Source of the DNA: a virus
Lineage: Duplodnaviria > Caudoviricetes
Strand: one strand, 5' to 3'
IMG/VR virus record: IMGVR_UViG_3300038530_000810
Span: 1-35,672 of that record
DNA: 35,672 nucleotides
Positions within the stretch are counted from its first letter, which is position 1. Each line of letters begins with the position of its first letter. Shown one piece after another: positions 19,513 through 26,410 of this stretch. The notes under the pieces are model-generated. The model did no database searches and was not told the origin of the DNA. It saw only the letters and a program-made list of their open reading frames with translations. The translations under genes and the position numbers were made by a program.

Positions 19513-19643
19513 TGCCGGGTAAAGGTAAAAAAAAATATACTAAAAAACAAATGAAGATAGCTCGAGTTGCTGAACCTAGAGATAAGATTACAAGAGCTGA
19601 CTTTGCAAAGTTAAGAAAAGGTAAAAAGAAAAGATATGGCTAA
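19512..19643 (+). CDS. 43-aa basic peptide (MPGKGKKKY...DKITRADFAKLR), not in the ORF track
   Basis: Read manually; overlaps genes on both sides. Confidence 0.65.
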   Translation: MPGKGKKKYTKKQMKIARVAEPRDKITRADFAKLRKGKKKRYG

Positions 19644-19776
19644 ACTTTGTGCAAAAGGTAAAGCTGCTGCTAAACGAAAGTTTAAAGTATATCCATCAGC
19701 GTATGCAAACATGTACGCTGCTGGTGTATGTAGTGGTAGAATAAAACCTAAAGGTACAAGAAAAAAAAGAAAGTAA
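19636..19776 (+). CDS. 46-aa basic peptide with 'YPSAYAN' motif, not in the ORF track
   Basis: Read manually; TAATG coupling to the 19776 ORF. Confidence 0.65.
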   Translation: MAKLCAKGKAAAKRKFKVYPSAYANMYAAGVCSGRIKPKGTRKKRK

Positions 19777-20021
19777 TGTCAAAAGGTTTACGATCTTGGG
19801 TAAGAGCTAATTGGGTTGACATTGCTAATCCTAAGAAAGGTGGTGGCTTTCCCAAGTGTGGTAGGAGCAAAGGAGAGAAGAGACGTAACTATCCTAAATG
19901 CGTACCTGCTGCAAAAGCTAGAGCTATGACACCTGCACAAAGACGTGCTGCTGTATCAAGAAAGAAAACTGCTGAGAGACGACCAAGAAAAGGTAAGAAA
20001 CCTAATTATGCTAGAACTTAA
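19776..20021 (+). CDS. Basic protein, DUF5872-like ('GL..W....WVDI...CGRS...YPKCVP')
   Basis: 81 aa; motif recognition; last gene of the late operon. Confidence 0.55.
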   Translation: MSKGLRSWVRANWVDIANPKKGGGFPKCGRSKGEKRRNYPKCVPAAKARAMTPAQRRAAVSRKKTAERRPRKGKKPNYART

Positions 20022-20547
20022 TTAGTTCATTATACTCATCCCAAATAGTTTGAGCAGGATCCCAATAATATTTTTGTTGTAGTTTCATTTGTATAGCATA
20101 GTTTACTGTGGTGTGGTCTTGACCAAATATTTTTCCAATACTTGATAAGTTCATTTTATATTTATCATATAAAATATTTTGACAGATGTTTCTTGATCTA
20201 ACTACATCTCTTGATCTTACTTTACCAAGTAAATCTTTTTTACTTACCTCATATCTTATACAAACTTTGTTAATTATAGAATTAAGTATATCTTGTTTTG
20301 GCTTCGAGAACTGATAAAGAATTGGTCTATTAACCCAACTATATTTACTAATTGGTTTTTGCTCTGTTAGTTTGATACCTTTCTTTTTATTTTGTTGAGC
20401 TTGTTTGTAACCATTTATAAAACCATCTTCATATAATTTTTGTTCAGCATCTGTAAAAAGATACCATGCCTTTTTATGAACATAGATAAAATAATTGTTG
20501 CCTTTATCTTTGATATGTTTTTTGCAAATTGTTTTTAATAGAGCCAT
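20011..20547 (-). CDS. Protein with DnaA C-terminal (domain IV) DNA-binding domain
   Basis: 'DLLGKVRSRDVVRSR...LSSIGKIFGQDHTTVNYA' matches the DnaA signature; no AAA+ domain. Confidence 0.8.
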   Translation of the reverse strand: MALLKTICKKHIKDKGNNYFIYVHKKAWYLFTDAEQKLYEDGFINGYKQAQQNKKKGIKLTEQKPISKYSWVNRPILYQFSKPKQDILNSIINKVCIRYEVSKKDLLGKVRSRDVVRSRNICQNILYDKYKMNLSSIGKIFGQDHTTVNYAIQMKLQQKYYWDPAQTIWDEYNELIKF

Positions 20548-20590
20548 AGAATCCCCTCGGTCTTTGTTGTTTTTTTTATAATTTTAATGC

Positions 20591-20749
20591 TTATCGCATC
20601 AACATTTCTTTAGTTCTTTCAATCTTCCAAATCAATCTAAAACTATCTTTCTTATACTTCTTAGCTTTATCTTGAGTCTCAAGAAACTTGCTATGTTTCT
20701 TTGCTTGCAAATCCCTGAGTTTTTGGAGTCGTTGTCGTAACTTGTCCAT
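20591..20749 (-). CDS. 52-aa basic helical protein (MDKLRQRLQKLRDLQ...), not in the ORF track
   Basis: AAGGAG RBS; open frame read manually. Confidence 0.6.
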   Translation of the reverse strand: MDKLRQRLQKLRDLQAKKHSKFLETQDKAKKYKKDSFRLIWKIERTKEMLMR

Positions 20750-20912
20750 CCTTCTCCTTTTTCACTTTGGTGAAGTCTATCTTTACTCCAGTAACTTCAC
20801 ATTCTACTAACTCTCCCTGTGCGTTGGGATCAGCAGCCTTTTCAACACTCTCAAATCTTTCAGACAAAATAAAATTTGCCTCGCCTGATTTAATTCTAAT
20901 ATAATTACTCAT
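20691..20912 (-). CDS. Hypothetical protein
   Basis: 73-aa ORF; AAGGA RBS; overlaps its neighbours. Confidence 0.55.
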   Translation of the reverse strand: MSNYIRIKSGEANFILSERFESVEKAADPNAQGELVECEVTGVKIDFTKVKKEKDGQVTTTTPKTQGFASKET

Positions 20913-21204
20913 CTTTATCCTTTTTGTCTATAGTTTTTTTATGTAGGTTTTTAGCCATTTTTGTATAGATTTCCAAGTCATCATAGTTATCACTCTTAAA
21001 TTTTTTTGTAGTCCTAAATAATTTTAACCCCATCATAAGTTGCGCAACTTGATGTGGTTGTATATCATCTTTTAAAATATCATGCAAAATAACATTGAAT
21101 ATTATTGCAAGTAATCTGAAATTCTCATCATAATCACCATAATCTTTTTGGCGATCTGCCATAATTTTTTTTATTTTTTGTTCGTTGAGGTCTATTGTTG
21201 TCAT
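20905..21204 (-). CDS. DUF6378-like protein
   Basis: 'RQKDYG..DENF...QVAQLMMGLKLFR...DNYDDL..Y'. Confidence 0.65.
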   Translation of the reverse strand: MTTIDLNEQKIKKIMADRQKDYGDYDENFRLLAIIFNVILHDILKDDIQPHQVAQLMMGLKLFRTTKKFKSDNYDDLEIYTKMAKNLHKKTIDKKDKDE

Positions 21205-21213
21205 AAATTAGGG

Positions 21214-21276
21214 GATGAGGCAGAGAAAACAACTAAAGAGAGAGCCGAAAGGATGACTCAAAAACTCCGCCTCATC
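21214..21276 (-). ncRNA. Putative structured antisense sRNA (C4-like architecture)
   Basis: 12-bp outer stem GAUGAGGCGGAG/CUCUGCCUCAUC and 5-bp inner stem, each with a G-U pair on the minus strand; unpaired segments complementary to several early-gene RBS regions. Confidence 0.6.
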
Positions 21277-21278
21277 AG

Positions 21279-21310
21279 ACATAAGTCTTATAAATAATTA
21301 CAACTTATGT
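21279..21310 (-). other. Hairpin immediately 5' of the putative sRNA
   Basis: ACATAAGT/ACTTATGT 8-bp stem plus inner TGTAA/TTATA. Confidence 0.45.
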
Positions 21311-21315
21311 TCTTG

Positions 21316-21624
21316 TTATTTAGCATAAGAACCCGGTTTTGCATAAGGTTTTTTGTATGCAAATTTTGGTGTTCCTCCACCTCCTGAACCTTGAGAGGGA
21401 GATTTTTCATTTGGTGTTAAACAAATTGTCAAACCACCTGTCGGTTCACCATTCTCAGCTAATTCGTCAAAACCAGCTTGGCTGTACCATTTACCATTTA
21501 TCTCAACGCCAATAGTCCAGTTCTTATCTGGTCTTTTTAAGTTTGGCGGTGCAACATAACTTGGTTGATTAGGTGCAGTTCTTTTCTCGTTTGGTATGAG
21601 TTTAATATATATTTTTTCACCCAT
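21316..21624 (-). CDS. SSB-like (DUF736-type) protein
   Basis: Likely start 21624 (AAGGAG RBS); 'NEKR...QPSY...INGKWYSQAGF'; follows exonuclease and annealase-like genes. Confidence 0.45.
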   Translation of the reverse strand: MGEKIYIKLIPNEKRTAPNQPSYVAPPNLKRPDKNWTIGVEINGKWYSQAGFDELAENGEPTGGLTICLTPNEKSPSQGSGGGGTPKFAYKKPYAKPGSYAK

Positions 21625-22282
21625 TTTTTTTTGCTCCTTGATTGTTAAGTTGTAACATCCTAACGTCATAACGATCCATCAAATCTCTATAAACCGCAGG
21701 ATGTCTTGTTAATGCAACATTGAACTCTTCCGCAAAGGAAACATTTTTAATGTAATGTAACCTCGTTGGATGTTTTGCTTTTGATATAAGTTCAATGATG
21801 TGTTCTACTGGTGTACCCAACAACTTAACTTTTGCGAGAGATGCTATATAAGTCATTCCCGATACAGAGTTAGGATGTTCAATTACATCAGCACTTCCTC
21901 TTTCTTTTAAAGGTATGCCTATGTGGTCATACTCCTCTTTTGAGGTAATGTTATCATCCATTACACCAAAGAAAGATAAAGCTCTTGATAAGCTAAAAGT
22001 TTCAGCACACTCAAATGAATTGGGTTTGTTTCTGAAAACTTTAGCATGTCCGGTTGATAGTATTAAACCATCTTTATCTTTTATTTCTGTGTAGCCGACA
22101 TAAAAATCATCAAAAGATTTGATGCTAGTTTTTATACCTATCTCGCCTACAAACTCTTCAATAAAATATTTGATTTTACTTGCAGCTTTGATGCAACTTT
22201 TACCTGTCTCTGGATCCATGTAAGTTCCATCTTCTTTGCACTTATCTACTACTTTTGCTATTCTTAATTTTAAATTTTCCAT
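21617..22282 (-). CDS. Putative single-strand annealing protein (Rad52/Sak-like)
   Basis: 'STGHA...FECAETFSLSRALSFFG'; lies after the exonuclease. Confidence 0.5.
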   Translation of the reverse strand: MENLKLRIAKVVDKCKEDGTYMDPETGKSCIKAASKIKYFIEEFVGEIGIKTSIKSFDDFYVGYTEIKDKDGLILSTGHAKVFRNKPNSFECAETFSLSRALSFFGVMDDNITSKEEYDHIGIPLKERGSADVIEHPNSVSGMTYIASLAKVKLLGTPVEHIIELISKAKHPTRLHYIKNVSFAEEFNVALTRHPAVYRDLMDRYDVRMLQLNNQGAKKNG

Positions 22283-22312
22283 AATATTCCTTTAGTTGTT
22301 TTTTTCATTTAT

Positions 22313-22399
22313 TTAAAATGGTAACAAACCCCATACTTTTTGTGCATAAATAAAAGTATAAGTGCCTATTACTTTTCCTTTGTATATTAACCAAGACAT
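22313..22399 (-). CDS. 28-aa aromatic/hydrophobic peptide (MSWLIYKGKVIGTYTFIYAQKVWGLLPF), not in the ORF track
   Basis: AAGGAG RBS four nt before the ATG; fills the intergenic gap. Confidence 0.55.
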   Translation of the reverse strand: MSWLIYKGKVIGTYTFIYAQKVWGLLPF

Positions 22400-22425
22400 G
22401 TTTCTCCTTTTTGTTTGTTGTTAGT

Positions 22426-23322
22426 TTATCCCCACAATTTTTTAATTATTTGTAGTTGTTCTTTACTTGCATCATTCATGGTCCAATGTGTAATGTCAGG
22501 TCTTTCAACTAACTCAGCCATACGCATTGGATCACCATTACTTAATAAAAGTAATCTTTGTATAGTCTTAGCCTTCTTAATCATTTGGTCTAAGTTATAA
22601 TCTAAATAATCTTTTGATAGTTTTTCATGTGTGTCATCAAAAATAATAAAGTCTTTATCGTTTGCGTAAAATAAAAATGGAGTCTTGTTGCTAGCCTTTT
22701 TATAAAAGGCAACTTGAGGTATGTTCTCTTCATCTGGTTCTTTTGGTAATGTTTGAGTATATATTTTTAAATCACCTTTAATAAATTTTGCAGTAGGTGG
22801 TTTTGTTTTACACTCAGCAAAATCATAATCGGTTTCAAAATCCACACGACCAGTTATTCCTATAATTAAATCTTCAAGTATCATGCTTACATATCTCTCA
22901 CATGTTAGTTCTTTATCTTGAAATATATTTTTAACCGCAGCTAAAATGTTTGTGATTGTTTCATGTATGTGTTGTTCTATTTGTTCTCTTATCTTTTTAT
23001 CGTTATCATCGTATGGTTCTTTAAGATATTTATTGTATTCAAATTGAAATACTTTTTTGTAATCTCTTTCTAATATTTCTTTTCTATCAGCTCCCTCAAA
23101 ATAATACTTACCAATTAATTTTTGCGCTACATTATTAGCACAGCTACCAAAGCCAAGTTTATATCTCTTCTTGTCCTTTCTTCTTTGATCCTGTTTTCTA
23201 CAAAAATAATCTACTATCCACATTGAGATAGGTTTGTATCTTTTGGAGAGCTGAGAAAAACTAAAATGATCTAAGCCTTCGCCACCTGATAAGAGCTTAA
23301 ATATTTCGTTTGGTTTTTTCAT
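22426..23322 (-). CDS. PD-(D/E)XK exonuclease (RecB/lambda-exo-like)
   Basis: 'HFSFSQL', 'GRVDF...ECKT', 'QVAFY'; AAGGAG RBS. Confidence 0.75.
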   Translation of the reverse strand: MKKPNEIFKLLSGGEGLDHFSFSQLSKRYKPISMWIVDYFCRKQDQRRKDKKRYKLGFGSCANNVAQKLIGKYYFEGADRKEILERDYKKVFQFEYNKYLKEPYDDNDKKIREQIEQHIHETITNILAAVKNIFQDKELTCERYVSMILEDLIIGITGRVDFETDYDFAECKTKPPTAKFIKGDLKIYTQTLPKEPDEENIPQVAFYKKASNKTPFLFYANDKDFIIFDDTHEKLSKDYLDYNLDQMIKKAKTIQRLLLLSNGDPMRMAELVERPDITHWTMNDASKEQLQIIKKLWG

Positions 23323-23378
23323 AGTTGTTTTACTCCTTATAGTCTATTATATACCAGTTTGTCTAGTGTTTTTTTTTA

Positions 23379-23407
23379 TTGATTTAACTTGCCAATATGG
23401 CTATAAC
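23379..23407 (+). promoter_or_regulatory. Sigma70-like rightward promoter
   Basis: TTGATT-17 nt-TATAAC in the divergent intergenic region, upstream of the RBS at about 23418. Confidence 0.5.
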
Positions 23408-23426
23408 AAGGCAACCGAAAGGATTT

Positions 23427-23651
23427 ATGAGACTCAAAGATTGGATAAAAAAGAAAGGTTATAGTTATTCAGAAACAGCAAATGTTTTGAAAATACATAA
23501 TTTTAACCCAGCAACAAACATTATTCGTTATGCCAAAGGTGATCGTATACCTCACCCAGATTTTATGTTGAAGATAAAAAATGGCACGAACAATGAAGTT
23601 CAACCAAATGATTTTTATGAAGAGTACTGGGAAAAAAATAAAAAAGTTTAA
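23427..23651 (+). CDS. Cro-like HTH transcriptional regulator
   Basis: Start 23427 after GAAAGGA; 'MRLKDWI...RYAKGDRIP...TNNEVQPNDFY'; first gene of a divergent operon. Confidence 0.7.
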   Translation: MRLKDWIKKKGYSYSETANVLKIHNFNPATNIIRYAKGDRIPHPDFMLKIKNGTNNEVQPNDFYEEYWEKNKKV

Positions 23652-23892
23652 ATACAAAAGGGTCAAAATATACTGGCAAGATATTGTATCAAACCCGGAA
23701 TGGATGACTTTAAATAAAGCAAAAGATCAAGTCTATTCTTGGTGTGAAGATACCGGGTATCTGTTATTTAAAGATTCAAGAAGAGTAATCATTTTTGCAT
23801 CACATAGTTTTGATGATGATGGCGAGCTTACAGTTGGCAATATAACTGTTTACCCTAGAGGAGTTGTTAAAAAGATTGAGAAACTACAATGA
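23581..23892 (+). CDS. Conserved phage hypothetical protein (start uncertain)
   Basis: 'IYWQD....W...C...GYL...YPRGVVKKI'. Confidence 0.55.
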   Translation: MARTMKFNQMIFMKSTGKKIKKFKYKRVKIYWQDIVSNPEWMTLNKAKDQVYSWCEDTGYLLFKDSRRVIIFASHSFDDDGELTVGNITVYPRGVVKKIEKLQ

Positions 23893-24071
23893 CCTATACT
23901 GGTATGTTTGAAGATGCGCAGCTATCATCTAAATTAAAAGAAGCTAAGAAAGAGATACAACGACAAAAAAGATATATCGAAAAACAATCTGGTATTATTC
24001 TTGCTTTAGAAAAAGACATTGAATTGAAAGACAACATTATTTTGGTTTTAAAAAATAAACAAAAAAAATAA
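23889..24071 (+). CDS. Small coiled-coil protein
   Basis: 60 aa; ATGA overlap. Confidence 0.5.
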   Translation: MTYTGMFEDAQLSSKLKEAKKEIQRQKRYIEKQSGIILALEKDIELKDNIILVLKNKQKK

Positions 24072-24659
24072 GTGAGTGTTAAAAAATATAAAGTAAAAAT
24101 ATGTAATAGAAAGGATGTAAAAGACTTCATAGAAACTTGGCATTACTCTAAAAATATTAATGGTCTTAAATCTAATTATTGTTTTGCATTACTTGATAAC
24201 AATAATCTTATTGGTGCTATTATGTATGGACAAATTGCTATGGCAAATGTTTGGAAAAAATATGTATCAAAAGAAAAAGATTTAATTGAACTGCGTAGGT
24301 TATGTTGCATAGATAATACACCCAAGAATACTGAAAGTTATTTTATAGGTTTTACTTTGCGTTGGTTAAAAAGAAACACAGATCACACTAAAGTTATTAG
24401 TTATGCTGATGAAACTTATAATCATCAAGGTATTATTTATAAAGCTAGTAATTTTAAACATCAAGGCATGACAAATAAAGGTAAGGTTATTGTTTATAAT
24501 AACAAACTATATCATGACAAAACTATTAGAACTAAATATAATGGTAAGATTAAACCATACGCACAAAGAATTAAAACTGCATTAGATAATGGGAAAGCAT
24601 ATTACAAAGACACACTTGGTAAACATATTTATATTTATGAATTGAGGAAACATGGCTAG
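24072..24659 (+). CDS. Mom-family (GNAT-fold) adenine-modification protein
   Basis: 'WHYS', 'ELRRL', 'PKNTES', 'ISYAD...HQGIIYKASNF'; GTG start. Confidence 0.75.
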   Translation: MSVKKYKVKICNRKDVKDFIETWHYSKNINGLKSNYCFALLDNNNLIGAIMYGQIAMANVWKKYVSKEKDLIELRRLCCIDNTPKNTESYFIGFTLRWLKRNTDHTKVISYADETYNHQGIIYKASNFKHQGMTNKGKVIVYNNKLYHDKTIRTKYNGKIKPYAQRIKTALDNGKAYYKDTLGKHIYIYELRKHG

Positions 24660-25026
24660 ATGGACATACGCATTTAGTAATGGCAGCTATAACGATTGGC
24701 ATAGACGCTTCCCTGATTTGGCTGGAATTGATATAGATTTCATAGAGGTATGTCCTAAGTGCTATCAACCATTAGCTGTAAAAGAGACATGCTATGACAA
24801 AGGTCAGGTTTATAAGGCTACTACCCTTACAAAGAGGGTCGCAGAGGCACTAGGAGTACCCGGATTTTTAGTTTTTTACACTCCTCAAGGGGTTGATATG
24901 AAATTTAGAATTAAGCGCATTACAGAGCCTGTGAGTGCGATTTACCACATGAGCCAAGACCAATGGCTAGCTTATTTATACTCGATACATGATGAGCATA
25001 GAAAGTGTTGCAAAAATGCAACATAA
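24652..25026 (+). CDS. Hypothetical protein, possibly restriction-endonuclease fold
   Basis: 'WHR...DIDFIEVCPKC..PLAVKET'; GAGG RBS. Confidence 0.45.
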   Translation: MARWTYAFSNGSYNDWHRRFPDLAGIDIDFIEVCPKCYQPLAVKETCYDKGQVYKATTLTKRVAEALGVPGFLVFYTPQGVDMKFRIKRITEPVSAIYHMSQDQWLAYLYSIHDEHRKCCKNAT

Positions 25027-25735
25027 ATATGAGCCACATATCAGGGTTAAGTTTAGTCTGTTTGAGGACTCACAATTTAGAACTATTCCAAACAAGCAAC
25101 GAGCTAACGCCTTCCTTGTATTTATATGTTTACTCAAGTTTGCAAACTCTAAAACCTTGACTTGCTATCCACGCAAAGCCACCATTGCTAATATGTCTGG
25201 TTTATCTCGCACTACTGTATACAGAACCACAAAACTTTTAGAAAAAGCGGGTATTATACATAAAAAAAGACTTAAATCTACACTATTATACACAATAAAT
25301 GCTAAGTATATTGTAGGTTATAGAGATGATGTTTCAAAACGAAACACTAATGTTTCAAATTGGAACACCGGTGTTTCTGATAGATCACTATTAGAAGAAC
25401 TATCATATAAAACTAACATTAGTAACTTTATAAGAGTTCTTGCAGAAGGTGGTAGCGATACGAACCATATTATAGAACAGATAGCGTATGAATACCCCCC
25501 TGAACAGCTTAAGAAAGCTATTGATAATAATGACAACCCATACCTTTGTAAGAAGGCTCTTGAAATACAAGAGGAGAAAAATAAAACTTATATAAGTATT
25601 GATCCTAAGATAGTGGATAATGTGCGAAAGAAAACTAATTATTTTTATAAGAATAAGGTAGCAAAGAATAAGAAAGAATATGGCAGGGTTCAAGCAACGA
25701 AAAGTTTTCTGTCAAGGTCTGACAAGAAGAAGTAA
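25016..25735 (+). CDS. HTH replication initiator (lambda O-like organisation)
   Basis: 'CYPRKATIANMSGLSRTTVYRTTKLLEKAGII' winged HTH followed by internal 21-bp repeats; start 25016 or 24989. Confidence 0.7.
   Translation: MQHKYEPHIRVKFSLFEDSQFRTIPNKQRANAFLVFICLLKFANSKTLTCYPRKATIANMSGLSRTTVYRTTKLLEKAGIIHKKRLKSTLLYTINAKYIVGYRDDVSKRNTNVSNWNTGVSDRSLLEELSYKTNISNFIRVLAEGGSDTNHIIEQIAYEYPPEQLKKAIDNNDNPYLCKKALEIQEEKNKTYISIDPKIVDNVRKKTNYFYKNKVAKNKKEYGRVQATKSFLSRSDKKK
25328..25390. repeat. Three 21-bp-period iteron-like repeats (putative origin)
   Basis: TGTTTC at 25330, 25351 and 25372; units TGTTTC-N5-GAAACA / GGAACA / GATCA. Confidence 0.65.
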
Positions 25736-26093
25736 AAGACCTTGTTTAGCAAAAGGATATTTAACAGCCAATGGAAAATATTTATGTAGGTTTCATGGCG
25801 GAAATAATATAAAAGGTTTCAATCAACCAAACTATACAGATGAAACAAGAATCAAACAACTCTCAAAGCTCAGACAGTTTAGAGACAAATCAATCCAAGA
25901 AGTTAGAGACTACTACAATAACAAAGTCAAACCTAGAATTGGAACTAATAAAAAATCAAGATATTATTATAAGCAACTTAGTAGAAGGAAAGACCCTTAC
26001 AGAAATAGTGCAAGACAAAAACCTTCCTGTCTCACCGATGAGCTTACAAAAGTTTTACAGCATATTAAAGAAAAACAAAGACCTCAACGATAA
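25680..26093 (+). CDS. HGGxSTG-type zinc-binding protein
   Basis: 'CQGLTRRSKRPC...CRFHGG'; adjacent to TerS. Confidence 0.6.
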   Translation: MAGFKQRKVFCQGLTRRSKRPCLAKGYLTANGKYLCRFHGGNNIKGFNQPNYTDETRIKQLSKLRQFRDKSIQEVRDYYNNKVKPRIGTNKKSRYYYKQLSRRKDPYRNSARQKPSCLTDELTKVLQHIKEKQRPQR

Positions 26094-26394
26094 GATAGTT
26101 GAGGCTCGTAAGATTGGTATTCAAACATTAATAGATAAACTGTTACAAATATTCCAATACCAAGAGGTCGAAAATCCAAATCAAATACTATGGATCAGAG
26201 AAAAAACAAAGTTTATTCAATACCTAGCTGGGAAGCTAACCGATCTTTATTCTGATAACAAGCCAATAAAACAGAATATAGATCAGAAAATTTCTGTATC
26301 TTGGACAGATACTCCTGATCTCGTTGACTTAGACGCAGCATTAGTTGATGATATAAAAGACCCCGAGCCAAAATCCAATAGCACAGGGTCTTAA
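25840..26394 (+). CDS. terS: Terminase small subunit (Sf6-type)
   Basis: 'LVEGKTLTEI...P...F...EARKIG...AGKL..LYSD'; start uncertain. Confidence 0.55.
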   Translation: MKQESNNSQSSDSLETNQSKKLETTTITKSNLELELIKNQDIIISNLVEGKTLTEIVQDKNLPVSPMSLQKFYSILKKNKDLNDKIVEARKIGIQTLIDKLLQIFQYQEVENPNQILWIREKTKFIQYLAGKLTDLYSDNKPIKQNIDQKISVSWTDTPDLVDLDAALVDDIKDPEPKSNSTGS

Positions 26395-26410
26395 TTTTTA
26401 ACTCAGCCAT

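Noticed and set aside
21253-21297. Plus-strand 14-aa micro-ORF (MTQKLRLIRHKSYK) with a CC-GAAA-GG tetraloop
   Set aside because: It is antisense to the operon, AAGG abuts the ATG, and G-U pairs in the stems and at the 20551 target favour the minus-strand RNA; not fully excluded
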